This document shows positions 38,399 to 46,915 of a DNA stretch of 58,555 nt, one piece after another. A program made the translations under genes and the position numbers. Position 1 is the stretch's first letter, and every line of letters begins with the position of its first letter. The DNA comes from a virus (taxonomy: Duplodnaviria; Caudoviricetes), in IMG/VR virus record IMGVR_UViG_3300006793_004421, positions 1 to 58,555 of that record; one strand, written 5' to 3'. Under the pieces are notes generated by a model that made no database searches, was not told the origin of the DNA, and saw only the letters and a list, made by a program, of their open reading frames with translations.

Positions 38399-38686
38399 AT
38401 GATTGAAATGATAGAACGCATGGCTAGTGATAGACTATGGATATATACCGCACTTGCCGGCAGTATATTTGGGGCATTATTCATTGCATACATGAGAGAT
38501 ACACGTATTGCACTATGGGTATTCGGCAAATGGGACACACTTTTAGACAGTTTACGAGATCGCTTTGGTTGGACATGGTTTAACCAAGATCCAGATGCGT
38601 GGAAAAAGGTAAACCCAAACATTGCTCGTAAGATTGACGAGCTCGAATCACGTATAAAAACTTTAGAAACTAAAAGGAAAAAATAA
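38399..38686 (+). CDS. Small membrane protein
   Basis: One TM helix and a C-terminal coiled coil; late promoter at 38366. Confidence 0.7.
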   Translation: MIEMIERMASDRLWIYTALAGSIFGALFIAYMRDTRIALWVFGKWDTLLDSLRDRFGWTWFNQDPDAWKKVNPNIARKIDELESRIKTLETKRKK

Positions 38687-40479
38687 TGTCAGCACAGGAT
38701 GATAAGAACAGAGCAGAAGCCCAGAAGCGTGATGCTCAAAATCAAATAAACCAACATAACTCAGAAAAAGCTAAAGCAGAAAATCAAAAGAAATCTGCAC
38801 AACAAGAAGCAAACACAGCAAACACAAACAAAACACACGCACAAGAAGAACAAAAGACTGCACAACAGCAACAACAGGCGGCTGAAGCGGCACATGATCA
38901 AGCAATTAAAGATCATGACGATGCTCTTGCAAAACAAAAAGAAGCAGATGATAATTATGCGGCGGCACAGGCACAAGTTGCACAAGCTGAAGCAATGGTA
39001 CAAGATGTATCAAGACCACAATACTCAATTCAAGTTGCTGACCACGCTGAAACATCAGTTGGTGAAACAGTAGGCGACGAACATGCAGGTGCTAGTTATG
39101 AAGCTGGTGCAAGTGCAAGTTATGACGCAAGTGCAAGTGCAGGTTATGAAGTAACTGACCACAGCGTTGCAGTTGGTGCTGAAGCAAGTGTACACGCAGA
39201 AGCAAGTGCAAATGCAGGTGCTGAAGCTCACGCTGAACAAGAAATTGTTCCAGGTGTAGATGCACACGCTGACGCAAGTGCTGAAGCAGAAGGTAAAGTA
39301 AGTGCAGATGCAGAAGCACACGCAAAAGCAAGTGGCGGTTGGGACGGCAGTGATGCAACAGCGGCGGCAACAGTAGGTGCAAGTGCAAGTGCAGATGCAA
39401 CAGCAACAGGATCAGTAGATGGTAGTGTTGGTGTTGATACACCCTTAGGTGATGTTAGTGTTGATGCAGGTGCAGAAGGTACAGCAGGTGCTCACGCTGA
39501 AGCATATGCAGAAGCAGGTGGACATGCAAGTGTTGGAGAACATGGAGTTGACGTAGGCGGTGGTGCTATTGCAGGTGCTAACGTTGGAGTTGATGCTGAA
39601 GGTTCAGCACACATAGGCGGCGCTGAAGTAAGTGGCGGTGCTGGTGCAAGTATTGGCGGACAAATTGGTGCTCAAGGTTCTGCACACGCTACATACGAAG
39701 ATGATACAATCTCGTTTGGTATTGATGGACAAGCGGCTTTGCTAGTTGGACTAGATGTTGATGTGAATGTTGACATTGATATTGGACCACTAGTAGACGG
39801 TGCTAACGCTATTCTAAATGCAGGTGGAACAATGGACGAAGCATTGAACCATGTAACTGATGGAATTGATCAAGCACAAGCAGAAGCAATGAAAGTTGCA
39901 AACCAAGCACAAGCGGTTGCTAAACAAGGCGAAAAAGTTGCAAAACAAACTGTAGATGCATGTAACTCGGCAGTAAGTGCTACCGAAGATGCAATTAACC
40001 AAACTGGTCAAGCAATGACTGATGCGGCTAATGCAGTTGCACATTGGGGTAACGAAGTAGGTAAGTGGACTACAAGCGTATTTAATGCTAATAACGCTGT
40101 TAAAGCGGCTAACAGCACTATTAACGCATGTAACAGCGCCATTAATGCATGTAACAACACTATTAATCAAGCAAATAATGCCATTAATAGTGCAACAAAA
40201 GCTATCAATGATGCGGCTAATGCAGTTTCTAATACAGCTAAAAAGGGTTGGAAGAGTGTTAAGAAATTCTTTTCAGACTCACGCTTAAAAGAAAACGTTG
40301 AATTTGCAGGCAAAGTCAACGGTATTAACACTTACACATATAATTATGTGTGGAATAATGCAGTACAAACAGGTGTAATGGCACAAGAGCTATTAGAAAC
40401 TAAGTATGCAGATGCAGTTGATACACACCCATCAGGGTATTATACAGTTAACTACAGTAAGTTACCTACTATAAACTAA
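38686..40479 (+). CDS. Coiled-coil/Ala-Gly beta-repeat protein with C-terminal S74-type intramolecular chaperone
   Basis: FSDSRLKENV...GVMAQEL...VNYSKL; IN(A/Q)xNxx heptads; central AxAGAxA strands. Confidence 0.75.
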   Translation: MSAQDDKNRAEAQKRDAQNQINQHNSEKAKAENQKKSAQQEANTANTNKTHAQEEQKTAQQQQQAAEAAHDQAIKDHDDALAKQKEADDNYAAAQAQVAQAEAMVQDVSRPQYSIQVADHAETSVGETVGDEHAGASYEAGASASYDASASAGYEVTDHSVAVGAEASVHAEASANAGAEAHAEQEIVPGVDAHADASAEAEGKVSADAEAHAKASGGWDGSDATAAATVGASASADATATGSVDGSVGVDTPLGDVSVDAGAEGTAGAHAEAYAEAGGHASVGEHGVDVGGGAIAGANVGVDAEGSAHIGGAEVSGGAGASIGGQIGAQGSAHATYEDDTISFGIDGQAALLVGLDVDVNVDIDIGPLVDGANAILNAGGTMDEALNHVTDGIDQAQAEAMKVANQAQAVAKQGEKVAKQTVDACNSAVSATEDAINQTGQAMTDAANAVAHWGNEVGKWTTSVFNANNAVKAANSTINACNSAINACNNTINQANNAINSATKAINDAANAVSNTAKKGWKSVKKFFSDSRLKENVEFAGKVNGINTYTYNYVWNNAVQTGVMAQELLETKYADAVDTHPSGYYTVNYSKLPTIN

Positions 40480-40490
40480 GAAAAAACTAG

Positions 40491-40529
40491 AAAGGTTGTT
40501 CGATTTATTTTGGACAACCTTTCCTTTTG
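40491..40529 (+). terminator. Probable intrinsic terminator
   Basis: AAAGGTTGTTC...GGACAACCTTT inverted repeat followed by CCTTTT, just after the stop at 40479. Confidence 0.6.
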
Positions 40530-40559
40530 ACTGATAAATAGTACAGTAGGAGAAATAAA

Positions 40560-41000
40560 ATGAACCCTTTTGATCAATTTGGAATGGATCTAACAGATGT
40601 GTTAGCCCCATGGATAGCGATACTAATTAGTATCTCAGCGGCCTTTTGGTTTAAGGACTTTGCACATAATTTAATGAGCGGACTAAAGTTCAAAATGAAT
40701 CCTGCGTTTAATGAAGGCGATCATATTATACTAGATGACACTGATGCTATCATAGTTAAAATAGGGTTGCGTGAAAGTGTGTTTGGAGTTTACGGTGATC
40801 GTGGTTATACTTGGAGATATATTCCAAATGATCGTATTAAGTTTCACAAGTTAGAAAAAGTTATCAATAAAAATCTACACTTGGATTCTGAGGCTGAAAA
40901 AGGTAGACGCTTACAAGAAATGATTGATCAAGCACAGAGTGCTCAGATTAAGAATAACAAAGATAACATAGAGAAAATTAAAAATGGAAAAAGAGATTAA
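40560..41000 (+). CDS. MscS-like small mechanosensitive channel domain protein
   Basis: TM helix, then KDFAHNLMSG...FNEGDHI...IVKIGLR...IPN. Confidence 0.7.
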   Translation: MNPFDQFGMDLTDVLAPWIAILISISAAFWFKDFAHNLMSGLKFKMNPAFNEGDHIILDDTDAIIVKIGLRESVFGVYGDRGYTWRYIPNDRIKFHKLEKVINKNLHLDSEAEKGRRLQEMIDQAQSAQIKNNKDNIEKIKNGKRD

Positions 41001-41328
41001 AGAAATCAAAACTGATACCGAAGTGAAAGAAGATACTGCGGTAAAGAAAGTTAAATTCGAACTAGAAGTAGATACTAATGTAGTTGATAGTGGTAAGAAC
41101 CCTTATATGCATCTTATCTTTTTAGCAAGGGCTGTAGATGCATGGAGAATTTTTCCAAGAATCTTTTTATCAGTTTACATCTACTTACTGTATGATGTTA
41201 CAACATGGTTTATGAACTTACCAGAACCTAACTTAGAGCAATCGGGTTTGGTTAGTATTGTCGTTGGTGCAGGGGCGGCTTGGTTTGGTTTATATGCAGG
41301 TACTTCTAAGAAGAATCCAGACAAATAG
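40984..41328 (+). CDS. Two-TM membrane protein (holin-like)
   Basis: DAWRIFPR...WFMNLPEP...VVGAGAAWFGLY. Confidence 0.6.
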   Translation: MEKEIKEIKTDTEVKEDTAVKKVKFELEVDTNVVDSGKNPYMHLIFLARAVDAWRIFPRIFLSVYIYLLYDVTTWFMNLPEPNLEQSGLVSIVVGAGAAWFGLYAGTSKKNPDK

Positions 41329-41331
41329 AGC

Positions 41332-41360
41332 TTGACAACAGCCTAAGATAAGTATATAAT
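41332..41360 (+). promoter_or_regulatory. Sigma70-type promoter (leaderless start)
   Basis: TTGACA, 17 nt, TATAAT, then 6 nt to ATG 41367. Confidence 0.85.
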
Positions 41361-41366
41361 ACTACT

Positions 41367-42215
41367 ATGGATTATTACGAACTTTTAGGCGTTCCAAGAA
41401 ACGCTACAGAATCAGATCTTAAGAAAGCATACAAGAAACAAAGTATGCAACACCACCCTGACCGCAATGGTGGAAGTGATGCTAAGTTCAAACAAATTAA
41501 TGAGGCATACTCAGCACTAAAGGATCCACAGAAAAGGCAAATGTATGACCAATATGGTACTGCTGATCCTCAACAAGCACAGGCACAACAGCAGAGTCAT
41601 TTTTCAAATTCTTTTGGTGGTGCTAATTTTGAAGATATATTTGGACAAATGTTTGGAGGACAACCAAACATGCGTAGACAAATGCATAATCAAGATATAA
41701 CTATTGCCGCAGATATTGATTTGGAAGATATCGTAAAAGGTAAAGATGTTATTGCTACATATAGGCTACCAAGTGGCAGAGAAGAAACAGTAGAGATTAA
41801 ACTTCCACGTGGTTGTAGACCAGGAGATAGGATACGTTATTCGGGTATGGGTAGCGACTTACACCCACATGCTCCAAGAGGTGATTTGCACGTTCAGTTG
41901 CGAGTCAGAAGACACCCCGAGTACACTCAAGATGGCATAAATTTATATATAGACAAGAAGTTAAATTTATTTGATTTCGTTTTAGGCACAAACTTAACTA
42001 TCAAAACAATCCACGATCGTACATTGAGTGTTAATGTACCAGCTGGATCTAACCCAGGCACAGTTTTTAGTATTGGAGGTCAAGGTTTACCTGACAGACG
42101 TTCAGGACAAACGGGCAACTTATACATTAAAGTATTAGGTGTAACACCTAAAATAAACGATGAGAAAATTAGAGAACAGTTAAGAAGAATACAAGATGAA
42201 ACTAAAACTACTTAG
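41367..42215 (+). CDS. DnaJ/CbpA-type (class B) J-domain chaperone
   Basis: DYYELLGV, HPD, G/F-rich region and DnaJ C-terminal domain; no Zn finger. Confidence 0.92.
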   Translation: MDYYELLGVPRNATESDLKKAYKKQSMQHHPDRNGGSDAKFKQINEAYSALKDPQKRQMYDQYGTADPQQAQAQQQSHFSNSFGGANFEDIFGQMFGGQPNMRRQMHNQDITIAADIDLEDIVKGKDVIATYRLPSGREETVEIKLPRGCRPGDRIRYSGMGSDLHPHAPRGDLHVQLRVRRHPEYTQDGINLYIDKKLNLFDFVLGTNLTIKTIHDRTLSVNVPAGSNPGTVFSIGGQGLPDRRSGQTGNLYIKVLGVTPKINDEKIREQLRRIQDETKTT

Positions 42216-42723
42216 ATACCCAGATCCATTTTTAAACAAAAAGGTTGCACCTTTTGACTTTGATAAGCATGATGCTAAACAAATCGAAGCTGAGATGATT
42301 GAACTAATGACTAAAGAAAATGGTGTAGGATTAGCGGCAACACAAGTTGGTCTTGATGCACAAATATTCATTATCAAACCAGAAGGATTAGAAGGGTACG
42401 AAGACAATAAACCTTTCGCATTAATTAATCCTGTGATTACAGCCGTAAGTCAAGAAACTGTACTAGGTGAAGAAGGTTGTTTAAGTTTTCCATTATTGTT
42501 CTTTAAAGTTAAAAGACCAACAGGAATGGTAATAGAGTGTCTTGACTCTAGCGGTAAAGAGTGTACAATAGAGTTAGTAGGTTGGAATGCAAGAATTGCA
42601 GGACATGAATACGATCACTTATATGGAATCAACTATGTTGATCGTGTAAGTAAATTAAAACTCGACATTGCTAAGAAAAAGCAATCAAAATTATTAAAAA
42701 GATTTGGAGCCTATATAAAATAA
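42196..42723 (+). CDS. def: Peptide deformylase
   Basis: GVGLAATQVG, EGCLS and HEYDH. Confidence 0.93.
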   Translation: MKLKLLRYPDPFLNKKVAPFDFDKHDAKQIEAEMIELMTKENGVGLAATQVGLDAQIFIIKPEGLEGYEDNKPFALINPVITAVSQETVLGEEGCLSFPLLFFKVKRPTGMVIECLDSSGKECTIELVGWNARIAGHEYDHLYGINYVDRVSKLKLDIAKKKQSKLLKRFGAYIK

Positions 42724-44990
42724 TGGTAGAACCTAGCGAAAATTTACAGAAAATATTTGACAAAGCATTAGATGTAACTAAGAAACTTAATCACGAATAT
42801 CTTACACTAGAGCATTTGTTATTTTCAATGTTGTGCGAAGAAGACTTTTCAAACATTGTATCAGGATTCAATCAAGTAGATCCAGAATTCATGAAAAAGA
42901 ATGTTGAGAACTTTCTTAAAACAAAGTGCAACGACTTGTTAATGACTGACATTGAAAATCTTCCTAAGAAATGGAAGCCTAAGAAAACACAGGCAGTAGA
43001 ACGTGTACTAAACAGAGCGTTTACACAAGTGTTGTTTAGTGGTCGTAACAGTATTGAAGTTACTGATGTGTTCTTAAGTATGTTTAACGAAAAGAAAAGC
43101 TGGGCATTATACTTTATTAACGAAGTAGGTATTGAAAAAGAAAAGTTTGCAGACTATCTAAACAATGAGCTAGAAGCAAATTACGAAGATGAAGAAATGC
43201 AAGGCATGGCTAATCGTGCATTGCGTTCGTTTACAACTAATCTTAACGTTGATGCAGAAACAGGTAAGATTGATCCTGTTATTGGACGCTCAGAGGAACT
43301 TGAAAACATTGCACTAGCAATAGGACGTAGACAAAAGAACAACGTACTACTAGTTGGTGAACCAGGTGTAGGTAAAACTGCTATTGCAGAAGGACTTGCA
43401 TACAATATTGTACAAGGTAACTGTCCTGAATTCCTTAAAGAATATAACGTATACAATTTAGACATTGGTAGTATGTTAGCAGGTAGTAAGTACAGAGGTG
43501 ACTTTGAAGAAAGATTTAAATTAGTTATTGCTGGCCTTAAGAAGAAAGGCAAAACTATTATGTTCATTGACGAAGCACACATGATTAGTGGTGCAGGTGC
43601 AGGCGGACAAGGTCAATCAAACGACTTAGCTAATATGTTAAAGCCTATTCTAACAAAAGGTAATATTAAAGTTGTAGCAAGTACTACATGGGAAGAATAT
43701 AGAAAGTTCTTTGAAAAAGATCGTGCATTGATGCGTAGATTTGCTCGTGTAAGTGTTGACGAACCTAGCAACGAAATTACTAGAGATATCTTACAAGGTA
43801 TTAAAAAGTATTACGAAGAATTTCATAAAGTATCTATCACAGACGAAGCTATTGATACTGCAATTAAACTTAGTGTGAAGTATCAAACAGATAAGAAGTT
43901 ACCTGACAAAGCTATTGACTTACTAGATGTAGCATGTTCAAGATTTAAACTTAAAGAAGAACCAAACAAAACAGTTGGTATGAAAGAAGTACAGTTTGAA
44001 CTTGCTAAGATGGTTAACATGCCTAAAGAACAAATTATGGAAACTGAAACTAGCAACCTTGCTAACTTAAACCATAATATGAAAGCTGAGATTTACGGAC
44101 AAGACGAATCAATTGATAGTATTGTTGATAAGATTCACGTAGCACAAGCAGGACTTAAAGCAGATAACAAACCAATTGGTTCATTTGTGTTTATGGGACC
44201 AACAGGTGTAGGTAAAACTGAAACAGCAAAACAACTTGCAAAACAATTAGGTGTAAAACTAATTAGATTTGACATGTCGGAGTATCAAGAGAAACATAGT
44301 GTTGCTAAACTAATTGGTTCACCTCCAGGATATGTAGGCTTTGAAGAAAATAGTGGCTTACTAATTACTAAAGTACAAGAGAATCCAAACTGTGTATTAC
44401 TACTTGATGAAATTGAGAAGTCACACCCAGATGTAAGTTCATTATTGTTACAAATTATGGACAACGGATTTGTTACAGGTAGTAACGGTAAGACTGCTGA
44501 CTGTAGAAACGTTGTACTAATTCTTACAACTAACTTAGGAGCCGCAGAAGCTGAAACTAATGCAGTAGGCTTTGGCGAGATGGAAAAAGATCACGATGAT
44601 GGTGAGCTTAAAAAGTTCTTTGCTCCAGAGTTTAGAAATAGACTAGATGGTATTATGACATTTGGTAAACTAGACAAGAACACAATGATTAAAATTGTTG
44701 GTAAGTTCTTAGTTGATCTTAAAGTTATGTTAACTGACAAAGGCGTTGAAACTACTATATCAGACGAAGCTATTGACTTCTTAATTGATAAAGGATTTGA
44801 TAGCAAGATGGGTGCAAGACCACTGCAACGTGTCATCGATAATGATATTAAAACTCCGTTGTCTAAAGTATTATTGTTTGGTGATCTTAAAAATGGTGGT
44901 ACACTACATATTAATGTTAAAGATGGTGCATTTGATTTACAAACAGTAAAGAGTAAATCCAAGGAGCCAGAAACCGTTGATCAAAATTGA
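42723..44990 (+). CDS. clpA: ClpA-type AAA+ unfoldase
   Basis: Clp N-domain; two NBDs (GEPGVGKT, GPTGVGKT); KYRG and GYVG pore loops; no M-domain; VGF ClpP-docking loop. Confidence 0.92.
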   Translation: MVEPSENLQKIFDKALDVTKKLNHEYLTLEHLLFSMLCEEDFSNIVSGFNQVDPEFMKKNVENFLKTKCNDLLMTDIENLPKKWKPKKTQAVERVLNRAFTQVLFSGRNSIEVTDVFLSMFNEKKSWALYFINEVGIEKEKFADYLNNELEANYEDEEMQGMANRALRSFTTNLNVDAETGKIDPVIGRSEELENIALAIGRRQKNNVLLVGEPGVGKTAIAEGLAYNIVQGNCPEFLKEYNVYNLDIGSMLAGSKYRGDFEERFKLVIAGLKKKGKTIMFIDEAHMISGAGAGGQGQSNDLANMLKPILTKGNIKVVASTTWEEYRKFFEKDRALMRRFARVSVDEPSNEITRDILQGIKKYYEEFHKVSITDEAIDTAIKLSVKYQTDKKLPDKAIDLLDVACSRFKLKEEPNKTVGMKEVQFELAKMVNMPKEQIMETETSNLANLNHNMKAEIYGQDESIDSIVDKIHVAQAGLKADNKPIGSFVFMGPTGVGKTETAKQLAKQLGVKLIRFDMSEYQEKHSVAKLIGSPPGYVGFEENSGLLITKVQENPNCVLLLDEIEKSHPDVSSLLLQIMDNGFVTGSNGKTADCRNVVLILTTNLGAAEAETNAVGFGEMEKDHDDGELKKFFAPEFRNRLDGIMTFGKLDKNTMIKIVGKFLVDLKVMLTDKGVETTISDEAIDFLIDKGFDSKMGARPLQRVIDNDIKTPLSKVLLFGDLKNGGTLHINVKDGAFDLQTVKSKSKEPETVDQN

Positions 44991-45630
44991 CAGTACTAAA
45001 TTATTCTTTGACAAATACAAGTATAAAGTTGATCTAAAAAATGCTTTAGGCTTTGTTTTTAGAAACAAGAACTTTACTTTAGCAAGAAAATCAATAGACG
45101 AAGCCATACTCCAATCAGATTCAGGTAATGTGAAATGGGGTGTTGGCTTACGTCAAATAGTTGTTAGCTCAGAAGATTTAGCAGACTTACAACTACTACT
45201 TTCAGAATTTACAACACAAAAAGAAGCGTTCACACTTCGTTGTGAACAGTATCACTTAGGTGTTTACACTAACAATTTTCAATGGTGCGAACAACTAGAT
45301 AAAAAATTAAATGCAGTAACTACAGTACACATGCCAGTCAACGATGTGGATTTGCCAAAAGGTGTTATCATTAACGACACTATCAACTTTGCATATAAGA
45401 TTACGCTTAACGGTACAAGTGATCCAAACTTAGCTGACTTCTGTATTAAGAATAGAGATAAGATTAAAGTAGGTAATCGTGTTTTAAGTGACATTAAACG
45501 TGGTTATAACTTGAAAGGTATGTACATGTATGTTAAAGATGAAGGCACTATAACACTAATTAGACTGTTCTTAAAGAAGGATTTGATGCGAATCGACAAA
45601 ATAGTAAGTAGTAAAGATCTAGATAAATAA
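44977..45630 (+). CDS. Hypothetical protein
   Basis: 217-aa ORF overlapping the clpA end. Confidence 0.7.
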   Translation: MIKIDSTKLFFDKYKYKVDLKNALGFVFRNKNFTLARKSIDEAILQSDSGNVKWGVGLRQIVVSSEDLADLQLLLSEFTTQKEAFTLRCEQYHLGVYTNNFQWCEQLDKKLNAVTTVHMPVNDVDLPKGVIINDTINFAYKITLNGTSDPNLADFCIKNRDKIKVGNRVLSDIKRGYNLKGMYMYVKDEGTITLIRLFLKKDLMRIDKIVSSKDLDK

Positions 45631-45634
45631 CTAT

Positions 45635-45973
45635 ATGTCCAATAGTACAACAATATTAACAGCAAACACACACCCAGGGGATAGTTCAACACAGACTGTT
45701 ACAGGTGATAAGTTTAAGGGAGACGGCTACTACGGTCGTGCAGATGGTTTCCATACTGTACAATATAACCTATTAGCTTTTAACGGAACAATTAAGATGC
45801 AGGGAACGTTAGCAGTAACGCCTACAGATAATGATTGGTTTGATATAACTAATACAGATGAAACAGGGTCCGATGGTAACTTCTTTAAAAACTTTACCGG
45901 CAACTTTGTTTGGGTTAGAGTGTTAGCAGTTTACACATCAGGAGCAGTAAATAGTGTACTGTTAAACCACTAG
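45635..45973 (+). CDS. Hypothetical late (probably virion) protein
   Basis: GATAAATA 5 nt before the ATG; KGDGYYG...HTVQY and NFTGNFVWVR. Confidence 0.7.
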   Translation: MSNSTTILTANTHPGDSSTQTVTGDKFKGDGYYGRADGFHTVQYNLLAFNGTIKMQGTLAVTPTDNDWFDITNTDETGSDGNFFKNFTGNFVWVRVLAVYTSGAVNSVLLNH

Positions 45974-45981
45974 GAGATAAG

Positions 45982-46575
45982 ATGGAACATTTTGTAAGAA
46001 TAGTAATGGAGAAACAGGAAACGACTAAAGTATTAGACGAAAGTATCTTTCCTGATCAAAACATTTACGAAACTGAACAGGGTGGTAGTGCATGGGAAAT
46101 TGCTTTACCAAGACAACTGTCAGAAGACGAATCAAACGAATATGCTGAGAAACTAGCAAACTATATGTTTGAACAAGGTTACGATGACTTTGATATTGAA
46201 ATTAGTGCAGGACTTGGCGAAGATATTATTGAAGAAACATATGACGACGATGATGAGTTTTATGAGCAGTACGGCGTTATGCATTGGAACGAAGATGATG
46301 ATCCAATGGACGAAGCAGAGTACCAAGGACGTAAAGTAAAACTTGGCAAGCCTATGCAAGGCGATGTTAAAAAATTTAAGGTATATGTAAAAGATCCTAA
46401 AACAGGTAATGTAAAAAAAGTAAACTTTGGACACGGCGGATCAAGTGTTAAAGGTAAAGCTATGAGCATTAAAAAGAATAATCCAAAAAGACGTAAGAGC
46501 TTTAGAGCAAGACACAACTGTGATAATCCAGGACCACGTACTAAGGCACGTTACTGGTCATGTAGGAAGTGGTAA
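45982..46575 (+). CDS. Modular late protein: acidic N-terminus with a basic C-terminal module
   Basis: ...PMDE|AEYQGRKVKLGKP...RARHNC...ARYWSCRKW. Confidence 0.75.
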   Translation: MEHFVRIVMEKQETTKVLDESIFPDQNIYETEQGGSAWEIALPRQLSEDESNEYAEKLANYMFEQGYDDFDIEISAGLGEDIIEETYDDDDEFYEQYGVMHWNEDDDPMDEAEYQGRKVKLGKPMQGDVKKFKVYVKDPKTGNVKKVNFGHGGSSVKGKAMSIKKNNPKRRKSFRARHNCDNPGPRTKARYWSCRKW

Positions 46576-46576
46576 C

Positions 46577-46915
46577 ATGAAGATAAACGAGTTTGCGGAT
46601 ATAGATCCAACGAAACAAAATGATTTAGGATTTGATGTCATCGGTGACATGCAAGTGTTTATGAAGAATGACCCAATGTTCTATCGCAAACAGTATTATC
46701 CAACAATGGCAAAACTACAAGATAAATTAAAAGGTGGCAGAAGTCCTGTACCAGATGACTTATCTAGTATGATTGACTCTTGCTGTAAACATTACTGTAA
46801 TAAATTTGATATTCCTAAAGACCCTTCAAGACTTTTAACTAAAGAAGAATATAACTCATTAGCAGAAATAATCTGTAGCGAGGAAATGGAAGCCCTTAGA
46901 GACGGAGAGTACTAA
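46577..46915 (+). CDS. Hypothetical late protein
   Basis: Starts MKINEF; the ATG at 46577 directly follows the previous stop. Confidence 0.7.
   Translation: MKINEFADIDPTKQNDLGFDVIGDMQVFMKNDPMFYRKQYYPTMAKLQDKLKGGRSPVPDDLSSMIDSCCKHYCNKFDIPKDPSRLLTKEEYNSLAEIICSEEMEALRDGEY

Noticed and set aside
38761-40170. Minus-strand Cys- or His/Leu-rich ORFs
   Set aside because: They are reverse-complement artefacts of GCA/GGT/AGT-rich repeats in the 597-aa gene.
42542-42569. TTGACT-16 nt-TACAAT inside def as a clpA promoter
   Set aside because: The spacer and -10 box deviate from the other promoters and it lies mid-gene; plausible but not supported enough to list.
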